A DNA stretch of 63,995 nucleotides, the filler included, from Kipferlia bialata (Eukaryota): NCBI GenBank assembly GCA_003568945.1. It is 5 parts of 5 records of this genome, joined end to end, with 100 filler letters (N's around TTAATTAATTAA, not from the genome) between each part and the next. Parts side by side here need not be neighbours in the genome. Positions count along the whole stretch, not along the records: positions 45,714 to 55,515 come from BDIP01000739.1; positions 55,616 to 63,995 come from BDIP01000741.1; 3 more parts are not named here. The stretch is one strand, 5' to 3'. Made by a program: the position numbers and the translations under genes. A model generated the notes under the pieces. That model saw nothing but the letters and a program-made list of their open reading frames with translations, was not told where the DNA came from and made no database searches. Shown piece after piece: positions 53,401 through 63,995 of this stretch (its first letter is position 1; every line of letters starts with the position of its first letter).

Positions 53401-54132
53401 AAGAATCGTAATATTCACTGCTACACCACACTATAACTAGTAAGGATGCTGTATAAGTACCCACCTGGTTGAACTGGAGCATGATAGATAGATATATATA
53501 TATATATATCATACCTGGTTGAGCAGCAGTATGGCCAGGGAGTGTGACGACAGACAAAGCTTGCCCTTCCTCTCGTGCTCTCTCTCCTTGCCCCTCTCCA
53601 CCTCACCTCCCCGGTTGACTACACAAGGTACACCCTGGGAGTGAGGTCACAGGTACACATATACACAGTCTACAGTCTAGGTATGTTCAAACACCCACCT
53701 TGTCCTTGAGCAGGTCTAGTGTACATATATCTATAGGCATCTGACTTGTCCGTGAGCAGGAATGTATTGTATATGGTATAGGGTATAGTATATATGATAT
53801 AGTATAACTAATGCTATTGGTATATTCGGTACCTTGTCCTTGAGCAGGTCGAGTGTGCGTGTGAGTGTGACGCCCGGGCACTCCTTCTCAACAGCAGAGA
53901 AGGAGAGGGAGAGAGAGACGGGGGTGGGGGGGACGTAGAGCACTGGGAGAAGGGTGTCGTGGACCTGCTATCAGAAAGGGGGGAGATACCCCATGAAACA
54001 GAGAAGTCTGTGTGTCTATGAGTAACTCTACCCACCTTGATGTGTACGTTGAAGGGTAGGTGGAAGGTGGGGAGGGGGAGGCTCATGTCCACACTGTCCC
54101 TGGCAGAGACACCCTGGGGTGAGGGGCACGAC

Positions 54133-54167
<35 letters not shown>

Positions 54168-54917
54168 AGTACACATACCTGAGGCAGTTGGAGTATGGGC
54201 AGGGAGTCCATGTGCAGGGAGGTGTCACTGAATGTAACACGCCCAGTCACAGCCTCTCGGAAGGTGTCATAGCCATTCACTGGGTGTGGGTAAGGGCGAG
54301 TGAGGATGGGTGTGTATGTGTGAGGGGGGAGGGAGGGGCTGAGTGTATATAATGCCTCACCTCTGAAGCACTCGGTCTCCCCTAGTCTCCCAAATACCAG
54401 GCCCTGGGGGGTCTTCTTGCTCTGGGGGTGAGAGTGAAATATCCAGAGTATGACAAATGCAATTTGTCCTTGTGAACATGCACACAGTCACATATAGTAT
54501 CTATACTGCCTATAGTACAGAGACTGCGTACCCTGACCCCCCCACTGACCCATGGGGCAGACAAGGCTATGGATATGGGTGTCTGGCCCATGTTGCACTG
54601 TCTGGCAGAGGCCGTGTTGCCTGATGTAAGACCCTAGCTTTGTGAATACTACAATGTAGACTATATGTCACATATATGTAGGTAAACTCTGCACTCACCA
54701 AACACATCAGAGACCACCCCCCTGACCACCACCTTCTCTCTCTCCCTATGGACTGCATAGACAGTGCGGGCATGGTCCACAGTGCCCATGGCCACGGTCA
54801 GGGAGGGGTCACTTCTAAGGTCAGAATATATAGATAGATAGACAGATAGAGAGAGAGAGAGAGTATCCATGGCTACAGTCAGGGAGGCATCGCTCCTAGG
54901 GGTGAGGGTATATATAC

Positions 54918-54959
<42 letters not shown>

Positions 54960-55428
54960 GCCCACAGTGAGGGAGGGGTCACTCCTAGGGTGACGTCAGA
55001 GAGAGAGCGAGACATATATGCATACACTACCTGACCGATGGTACCAGTGTCAAGTGGCTGGGACCCAGGTGCTGGACAGAGATCTGGTGGGTGCCTATAG
55101 GTAAGGGTATGGAGAGAGAGGTGGGCAAGAGAGTAGGGTACGTGTATGTGTGGCAAGAGCTGTGTAACCCCACCTGCTGCATTGATGACCATGACCCCTC
55201 TGTAGTCCCTGTCAGAGGAAGGGGGGGCCTGGGGGGTAAGGGGGAGGGAGAGAGAGGGAGAGAGAAGAGGCAACTAATCTCTCCACAGATACAAAGAAGT
55301 ATGTCGAGATAGGGAGAGAGTACCTTCAAGGGCGTGTCACTCTCCAGCCCCACCGTGTCTGACTCATGCTGACCCCTGGCACAGAGGGACACCTCAATCA
55401 CTCCACTGCCACCATACTGTGACTGGTA
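49900..55428 (-). CDS. HECT-type E3 ubiquitin ligase with beta-rich (possibly filamin/Ig-like) N-terminal region, 5'-truncated
   Basis: VYFDGEEGIDLGGLLRDF, SIGHVIGIALAYG, FWQVYASLTPAERVQLYMFATG, LPRGHTCSRQ|LDVP (catalytic Cys), and C-terminal AIAETSGFGFS*. Confidence 0.92.
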
Positions 55429-55515
55429 CTGGGTGAGACAGAGAGTGTGTGAGAGAGAGAGGGTGGAGCGCGCGCGGGGGGGGGGGGGGGGGTGGGGGGA
55501 ATAAAAAAAACCGTG

Positions 55516-55615
55516 NNNNNNNNNNNNNNNNNNNNNNNNNNNNNNNNNNNNNNNNNNNNTTAATTAATTAANNNNNNNNNNNNNNNNNNNNNNNNNNNNN
55601 NNNNNNNNNNNNNNN
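55516..55615. other. Artificial contig linker
   Basis: N44-TTAATTAATTAA-N44. Confidence 0.97.
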
Positions 55616-55619
55616 GTCT

Positions 55620-55668
<49 letters not shown>

Positions 55669-55740
55669 AACAAACAGATCAATATATACTCTAGCTAGTG
55701 AAAGTGAATGGTAATGCACTCTTGATATATGTTGACGCAC

Positions 55741-56954
55741 CTCCTTGAAGCCAAGAGACTTTCCGTGCTTCTTCTTGTACTTGTTCCTGCAGGCCTGGGG
55801 TGAGGGGGGCGGTGGGTATGGTATGTCCAGCCAATATAGAGCACATATCACCAACACAAATACGTGTATATACTCATATACATATCCATGTACCTGGCTG
55901 AAGAGGATGAATGCCGTGGGGGCCCTGCCCTTCTTGGGCTTGTCATCCCTAGGGGTCAGGGACAGGATGGGTCAGTGGAGTAGAGTAGTGGTATCCAGCA
56001 AATAGCATAATACAACATACTCACCCGTCCTCCTTGCCCTTCTTGGCAGCGCCCTTCTTGGCACCTCCGGCTGGGGGTCAGAGTGGATAGAGACAGGAGG
56101 ATAGTGAGGAAGTATTGCAGACAACCCTCGTGTTAGGGGGGGGGGGGGTATGGAATTAGAGAAAAAGTGACAGTCATCTCGATATGGATGCATAGACTTG
56201 GCCCTACCTCCCTTGGCGCCCCTCTCCTCGGGGTGCTTCACAAAGAACTCCTCCATGGCAATGTCATAGTCCTCCTTGGCCCTGAGGGTCAGATGCAGTA
56301 GAGGTCATCTCATATATACAAAGTGGGATACTGACGATACTGGGTGTGCCTCACTCCTTCAGGGCAGACGGCAGAGAGGGGGATTGAGTTAATCATAATT
56401 GAAATAGGGAAGATAGGAGTAAAGAAGGTGGGACAGATGAACCCACCTCTCGTAAGCATCGACGTATGGCTTCATCTCTGCCTCAGAGAGTGCCTTGTAC
56501 TGCTGGGCAACCTGGGGGTGAGGGAGATGCAGACATATACCAGGTCAAAACGGCCAAAGACTACACCATCACCCTATAAGCACGGTAATTGGTCTATACA
56601 CAGAGATCAGAGGCAGAAATGACGTACCACACGGATGATCTCCTTGGGTGGCAGGTCGGGGTGGTTGTTCTTGACGTTCTCACGCTCATCCTTCATGTAC
56701 AGGATGTAACTGGGGGTAAGAGTAGAGTATATACTGGTAGCACAACACACACCACAGGCAATTACGATCACTTTAGAGCTTCTAGGAGAATACAGTACAG
56801 TAAGATGCCGAAAAAGGATATGTGAAAAGACTAAAAGGCGCAGAACGGTGAGTGGGGATTGAGTATGAGGGTGAAGAAAGGTGCGGGTAGGCACGTACGC
56901 TGAGGCAGGCCTCTTGGGCTTGTCGGGGTGCTGGGCAGTCTTTGCCTTGGCCAT
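55741..56954 (-). CDS. HMG-box protein (HMGB/Nhp6-like) with two boxes, 3'-truncated
   Basis: MAKAK...PDKPKRPASA|YILYMKDERENVKNNHPDL...|VAQQYKALSEAEMKPYVDAYE|RAKEDY..., and a second box KPKKGRAPTAFILFSQ|ACRNKYKKKHG. Confidence 0.9.
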
Positions 56955-57075
56955 TCTGAACGATCAATGAATGAGCAGACGTCTGCTGTGCTCTCATGGG
57001 CTGCATGTTTGAGCAAGTGAATCAAGGGTTTAGGACCTTTCACTCTATATACATACTCTATACACCCATCACAGG

Positions 57076-59656
57076 ATGAGGAAGCACCCGAAACACGGTG
57101 CCCACTCCACACATAAGGAGCCCAAGGCGAAACGCCGCCCTTCGGGGCAGCGGGAGGAGCGATCTGAGTCGCAGAGCATCAGTCCCTTGCAGGAAAAGGT
57201 GAACAGCTTCTTCCAACCCAAGTCCCGTCCCGTGACCCCCACACCCTCTGGTGCCCGACCCACCCCTGTACACGGGGGGGAGGAGGTGATAGACATCGAT
57301 GACAGTGCCCTGGTGGAGTGTGCCTCCCCCATACCCTCTGTGCCTAACGTGGTAGAGACACCCATAGACACAGGGACAGAGGCAGTGCCAGTGACGACAG
57401 GAGTGGTGCTTCCGTCACTTGACACTAACCAGGTTCAGGAGGATGCACAAGCCACTAGTATTGTGGAGTATTGTGCAGTTCAGTCAGCCAGTGAGATTGT
57501 GACAGATGCTGATGTACCAATGATTTCCAAGACTGTGACTGATTCTGGTGCACATACTGGTGGCGACACCCCCTCTGCCCCTCCGGGTGTCACCAGGCCA
57601 AGGGATATACATGAGGCACAGGGGCAAGGGGTGGGGGCACCCAGTGTCCCTCCTGCCCCTCAGCCTGATGTCCTGCCCATCCCCACCTTCCCCCCTCCTC
57701 CCCCGGTTGCTGTCCCCACGCAGCCTGTCCTCTCCTCCAACCCCACCCCCCAGGAGGTAGTGTCTGTATTAGGGCACACCCACCTGGCAGAGCTGGGAAC
57801 GGTATGGAGTACTACATGTACTGTAGTTTAGTGAATGGGTGCTGACCCCCCCCCCCCGTATATCTCTCTCTCTCACTCTCACTCTCTCTCTCATACTTCC
57901 TATGTGTCTCCTTCCCATGTCTCCTCACTCTTTAGGAGTGGCTGCGTCTGGAGTCCCACAACCCAGTGTGTAAGGTCATAGTCCTAGCCCCTCTGCGGTC
58001 CAAGACGTGTGTGTGTCTGCCTGTCCCCCCTCTAGACTCCGATGCCCAGGGTGCAGGGGGTGGGACTGCCATGTCGCCTAGGAGTGCCTGGATGGGGACG
58101 GGGTCCGCATCACCCTTGCCCATCATGCCTCATGGTAGTAGCACCATGGCTAGGGGCATATCCAAGGGCAGGGTCAAGGGTGTAGAGATGGGGATCAACT
58201 CAAGGGGTGGCGCCTCCCCGACCATGTCTCCCTCCCCCTGTGTCTCCTTCTCCCCATCCCCATGTATGAGTCCTGCACCCATGTACCAGGATGCCTCAGC
58301 CTCTCTCCTAGGCACTGTGTCCCCAGCTGTGCAGGCTGTGTATGCCGCAGTTGATAGGGCAGAGTCGGCAGATGCCGCTAGGTGCACTCTGCCGCCAATA
58401 GGGGGAGGGACTCCCACGGAGCAGGAGGTCGAGAGGTGAGGGCATTGTAATAGTTGTATGTTGACACTCCATCAGCCTCTCTCTGTAAGAATCATCTGTT
58501 GGCGTCTGTGTGACAGATCCCTTAAGACGTGTTGAAGTGTTTTTGATTTTTCCTTGAGGACGTATGACTCTTCCCTGGTATCTATATCCCCCTCACCCCC
58601 AGCCTGTTGTGGATGTTGGTCCCTGTGGATACAGTGCTGGCCATCAGAGAGTTCGAGGAGGAGTGGTTCGAGGTATGGGACAGTAGTATATATGATACAT
58701 GTAGCTGATGGATACATATTGACTGATTCTGATACTGAAGAGTAGTTCGAGGTATATGGTATGGCTCTGAGTATAGATGTATCAGACACTCATTATCTCC
58801 CACCCCTAGGCTGCTGGTGGTGATGACCCCTCTGAGGCCATCCACTCCCTGACAGGCATACTGCACGACAGGTACAGGGGGAGAGTGTGGATACTGCATG
58901 TATGTATGTACTTGTACTATGATACTCACCACCAGATACAAGATGGGCACCGCCGCCCTGAGACGCAAGGACTACCTGGCCTCATTTGGTATACTGCTAT
59001 CCACTACAGTGGTGGGGATCGGGTGCAACAGGTGGGGCTAGGAGCGTGGAGAATGCAGCCGTCATATTCACACTCAGTTTGACTACCCATTGTGCTGATA
59101 CTCAATTGAGTATGTCTTCTGTTTTACTATTTGACTTCTTCCTATTGTATACACGTTACCAACCCCTCAGGTTCTGGCAGCGGACAGAAGACGTAGAGGA
59201 AGTATCAGGGCTAATTAAGAAGGTGCGGTGGTCCAACATGTTAATAATATAGAGTCAATGTAATTGCTTGCCCTCCACACCTCACCTCAGATCATGTCTC
59301 AATGGATTGTGTTCCTAAAGAAGGGTGTCTTGGATGAGGAACTGGCACTTCGAGAGGTGAGTGCTTGGTCAAGTGCGAGCAGTAGCTCACTGAATGAGTG
59401 GACTCTTTGGGTGTAATTTCGTTTTGAACTGCCTTCTTATGCCTGGAGGGCTGTAGCTGAAGCAGTGTCTCTCATTGATTCACACCTGATATTGATGTAT
59501 TCATATTACTTGCGTGTCCCTGACTATCAGGAGGACATTGAGATGCTGTACCGGTATCTGTCTGAGGTGAGATACATCCTGACCCAGCAGACATCATTCA
59601 CTAGTGACCCTGACAGAGAGGTGTGGGCTCGGTGCAGATGGCCAGTCAACACATAG
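57076..59656 (+). CDS. Hypothetical protein with P/S/T-rich N-terminus and helical C-terminal domain
   Basis: Large exons 57076-57756 and 57936-58435, followed by in-phase small exons ending EVWARCRWPVNT*. Confidence 0.6.
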
Positions 59657-59873
59657 ACATGGAGTGGCATGTGTATCATTCATGACATGGGGTTGATGAG
59701 TCTATTGATGGATCCTCACACATCCCACACACTATGCATATATACACATTATTAACGAAGAGCATCCTCCGGCCAGAACAGCCTGGGACACACAACTATC
59801 ACACACAAAACCTCTGCACATCAGAGGACCTATCCTCTTCCATACAGACACTCTCTCTACACTGTAGATCCTC

Positions 59874-62501
59874 TCATAGTGCCTGCAGACAGAGCCCTAG
59901 CCCCCCTATCAGTATGAGCACGCCTGTGCCAACTGCCTTCATCGGGTTCCACCTGTGCTCCCTCTTCTCCAGTGCCCTGTAGCACAGCAAAGGGAGGATG
60001 AACACGTAGATCAGGCCACCTGCTGCACCACAGATGCTAGGGGTGAGAGGGGGTCAAGTGGAGTAGCAATTTCGGTACCCGAAGTATGGATAGAGTCATA
60101 TACAAATAGATACACTGCCGTACCCGAGAATATCCCCGACCTGTGGGCACTTGAGGGATATGAATGACGCCATACACAGCATGACGACGGATATCAGGAT
60201 ATCAACCCTCTGGGTACGTGCTCTGGGCTGCTCAGCATCTGAGGGGGCATCGGCATCAGTACCACAGTCACCACCCTCCACTCTAATGTCTCCCACGTCG
60301 CCATCCCTCTCTCCCTCTCCCTCTCCCTCTCTCTCCTCCTCCTCAAAGGACTCCGGGAGGGGTGTGTACTCAGCCCGCATGGATGTGTAGAAGAAGTACA
60401 GGCCCCCGATGTTGTCCCTCACAACCATCTGCAGCAGAGGGAACACAGACACAATGTACACTGGGGGTGGATTGATAAGGGGAACGGGGAGGATATATTG
60501 GGTACAAATATTGACAGACAATGTACACTGGTATAGGGGGGAGATAGTATGGTGCAGTGTACACAATATAACTCATGTCAGTCCGTACCTAGCTGTATGA
60601 CGTATATGAGGCTGCCTATGGGGGTGTGGGGAAAGAGCTCGCTGAAGTTCTGGGGAACACCCTCACACCTGGGTGAGAGGTTGAATCAGGGATGATAAGG
60701 GAGTACGCATGTGAACAGAAGGAGAATCACTATCAATCAACATACCCAGTGGGTCTCAGGAGCCCCACCGGATGCATAGAGAGAACTATGGTACACTGTA
60801 AATCACCCCCCTCCCCACCTGTACCCCATGTATCCAGCCATGCCCACAGTCATATTGACAAGGCACAGACAGAGCAGAGTGACCCTCAGGATGCCAGTGC
60901 GGGCAGAGGGGTGGGTGCCCTTCAGAACACCTAGAGTGGGGGGGGGGACAATAGAATACAGATACACCGACACCGGATATAACACTACAACCCACCTAGC
61001 AGCAGGTTGTGCAGCATGAACTGGCTGATAGTGATCAGTATCAGTATCAGTAGTATATATACACATACACCCATATAACCACAATAGCCATATACCTAGC
61101 AGCAGGTTGTGCAGCATGAACTGGCTGATGGTGATGCCAAACAGCTTGGCCACGCCCCTCTGGAACAGATAGCCCTGGGGGTGGGACAGGGTATCCATAT
61201 CCTACACTCTATATGTATATACATACCCTCATACCTTGACGCTGCATGTCTGCTGTGGGATGTGCCTGAGGCCTGTCAACACCACCACCCCAGACAGGAT
61301 GGCCGTGAACACTATGCCCATCTGGGCTATGGAGACCAGTCTACGCACATCCCTAAGGAGGGACAGGACGCCAAGGGTCAGAATGGCCACACCAACACAC
61401 ACGTAGGAGGGGATCTGGATGGTGAGGGGGGGACAAGAGAATACCAACAGACCACTATAGTAGGATAGTATGGGATCATGCTCACCTCCACACCGAAGCA
61501 TGTCCCGATACTGCCCAGGTAGGAGGCAATGTATACACTGAGGGGGTTAGGAAGCTGGAAAGAGAGGTAATAGAGTGGGGGGAAGACATCATAGACCACA
61601 GACAAATAGAGACTGAGAGGAAGTACAGTCATTATACACCAGATACTGAATGATTGACGTACAAGTATGCCATATATGCCCCTGTCAGGACAATCAGAGA
61701 GGCCAGACTGCCTGCCCCAATGGCCCTGGGGTGAGAGAGGGGGGGGGGGGAGAGAGAGAGTATCAGATGTGATACTGATAATATAATACTGCCCCAATGG
61801 CCCTATGGCGTGAGAGGGGGAGGGGGAGGGATACAGAGAGAGAACGTACCACTTCCCGACAAAGTGTGCAGCCACAGATGGGAAGTCCACTGCGTCATGG
61901 CCAGTCTCGCTGGTGTAGGCATCGCCTGTCCTGGGGTCAGAACAGAAGGGAGAGGAGAGACAGATCAGACGTCCCATATCTTGGGGTAAGAGACACACAC
62001 TGGTACCTAACAATCAGGATGGCTGTCTGTGCACAGATGACTGCCGCAAAGATCACAACCAGAGGACCACCGATGATACCAGCCTGAAGGTGAGGAGACT
62101 GGTGATTGATTGGATGATTGGATGGATCATATAATCACTTCCTGTACCTCCTACCACCATCGTAGAAGGTATTAGTTACCGCAAGGTATAGTATCGCATA
62201 CTTCTCTCTCTCTCTCTCTCTCTCCCCGTCCCCCTACCTGTGAGTACCCGTATGACAGGCTGAGCAGACTGGACCCCAGCATAGTAGCCACCATCGACAT
62301 CACAACAGCACGGGGCTTGGTGTACTGGGGGACCTCAGGGGAGGCAGGGGCAGCCTCAGCCCCACCCTTCGGTACCTCACTCTCCCCCACTAAGGAGGGG
62401 GGCAGGATGACTGGGTCCTCAAGAGGGTCAGACACACTCCCTCACTCACCCCCGTCCACAGTCCGGGGACGGCTCTGCAATGCATGGCTAGCCTCACTCA
62501 T
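59874..62501 (-). CDS. Amino-acid transporter of the AAAP/Aa_trans family, SLC38A9-like
   Basis: SMVATMLGSSLLSLSYGYSQ|AG, FMLHN, GMAGYMGY, PLLQMVVR, GICGAAGGLIYVFILP, and multiple TM segments. Confidence 0.85.
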
Positions 62502-62678
62502 TTGAGTAGCAGTTGTCTACACCTGGTTCACAGTGGCTGAAGAGAGAAGGTACTGTAATAGACCTCCACACAAGCTGCACCGAAGAGTGTAGGCTTGCAT
62601 ATCTTGTGTCAAACCCTTTTGCTAAGCATCGACAAAAACCTGAGATTTTGGTGCTGTCTTTCTCTTACTCAGGTGCAG

Positions 62679-63066
62679 ATGAGTGAGACTGCTGAGACCC
62701 CTGAGGTCCCTGACGACGTGGAGGAGAGGTACCCAGTGGAACACGTGGCAGAGTACGAGCGGACGCAGGAGGAGCTGGAGCGTGAGCATGCCGAGTACCT
62801 GTCCATCCACCCTGAGCTGAGGGACATCATCACAGGTACACAGGGAATGGAGGGGGGAGAGGGGGGGTGGTCTCCCTATATCGTGGTCTTCTCCATAGCC
62901 TACCTCTGCCTCTCTCTCTCTCTCTCTATCTCTCCCTCTCTCTCCATTCTCTCATTGTTTCCATACTATTCTGACCCTTCTCTCTCTTCCCCCAGACTTT
63001 GTGAGCTCTGTCCTCGTGGCCAAGCCTGATGATATCTATGAGTTTGCTCTGTCCCACTTTGAGTGA
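62679..63066 (+). CDS. RIIa (dimerisation/docking) domain protein, RIIAD1-like
   Basis: Two exons: ...EHAEYLSIHPELRDIIT|DFVSSVLVAKPDDIYEFALSHFE*. Confidence 0.85.
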
Positions 63067-63530
63067 GGTGTTAGGGTGATAGACATGGCCCAGTGTCCTT
63101 TCTGGGGGAGCGAGAGATCCTACCAGGACTAATATGTCACTGAGGCTGGTGTTATCCCAAGGCCTAGTGGTTCGTATAGCTCTCCGTAGGTGCTTTGTGC
63201 GGATCGAGAGCCAGTAGCTGTGGTAGATGGTGCATGAGTCACTTCCACACTTGGTCTAGTGGTGTGGTCGGTTGAGACTCTGTGTTGGCCCACCCGCAGT
63301 GTTCGGTGTATGTAATATATTGCAATTAGCACAGGTGGACATATCAGTAGTGCCAGCCAGACTACTAGTAGAATGTGTGGTAGTGGCAGCAAACACAGCA
63401 ACAATCGACTTTCATCTATAAATGTGTCTCCCTAATGCATAACAGGGGACAGTTACAATTCAAACACACAATGCATCCTTGGACAGCCCTCTCCCAACCA
63501 GCATCTAACTGAACGAAAGAGGCCCCCCCC

Positions 63531-63943
63531 TCACTTGACCCACTTCTCGTACTCTGCCTCCAGGTTGTCGAGGGTGACACAGTCAATGTCAACGCCAGTG
63601 TCACGCTGGGGTCAGACACAAAGGGGGGGGACTGTGGTACTAACAGAGAATGATTGATGTATCTACATTGAATAGCAATTGTGTTGACTCACCTTGAATG
63701 ACATGAGCTGGTTGTATGAGTTGGCGTCATGGACCAGGGAGATAGCCACGCCCTTGCGGCCAAACCGGCCACACCTACCCACTCTGACGGTGAGACTCAA
63801 ATGGACACTGTAGGTATACTACTCACATGCAACATATACATACTCCCTGTGTACCTGTGGATGTATGTCTCGAGGGGTGACACCTGCCCACTGGAGGGGA
63901 CATCAAAGTTAACAACCAGGGTGATGGACGGGATGTCAATTCC
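63531..63943 (-). CDS. DBP5: DEAD-box RNA helicase C-terminus, DDX19/Dbp5-like
   Basis: GIDIPSITLVVNFDVP...ETYIHR|VGRCGRFGRKGVAISLV...|...EKWVK*, containing motifs V and VI. Confidence 0.8.
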
Positions 63944-63995
63944 CTGGGGGGTTGGGGGGGGGGGGGGGGGGGGGGGGAAAAACCCTTCTTTATAA

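Overview
This is eukaryotic, intron-rich protist DNA, most consistent with a free-living fornicate such as Kipferlia. That is an inference from 3' splice sites fused to the branch point (CT[A/G/C]ACCCC(C)AG), (TA)n/(AG)n-filled introns, ERERE-type coding tracts and a kelch-like gene. The window is five contigs joined by artificial 100-nt N44-TTAATTAATTAA-N44 linkers, so most long ORFs in the track are spurious and real genes had to be rebuilt exon by exon. Genes recovered: a PHP-family phosphoesterase, a protein with two PADR1-like zinc modules, a RING-kelch protein, an Smr protein, a Crinkler-like REase-kinase, CTP synthase, the RNA polymerase I largest subunit N-terminus, a HECT E3 ligase, an HMG-box protein, an SLC38A9-like transporter, an RIIa-domain protein, the DDX19/Dbp5 C-terminus and several hypothetical proteins. 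Two observations stand out. (1) 'Exon echoes': many introns carry up to six truncated extra copies of the neighbouring exon. Acceptor-bearing copies lie upstream and donor-bearing copies downstream, and they differ from the real exon almost only at synonymous positions. (2) A tRNA-framed 141-nt multi-hairpin RNA is followed by a second structured RNA candidate and a T4 run at 1620-1877.
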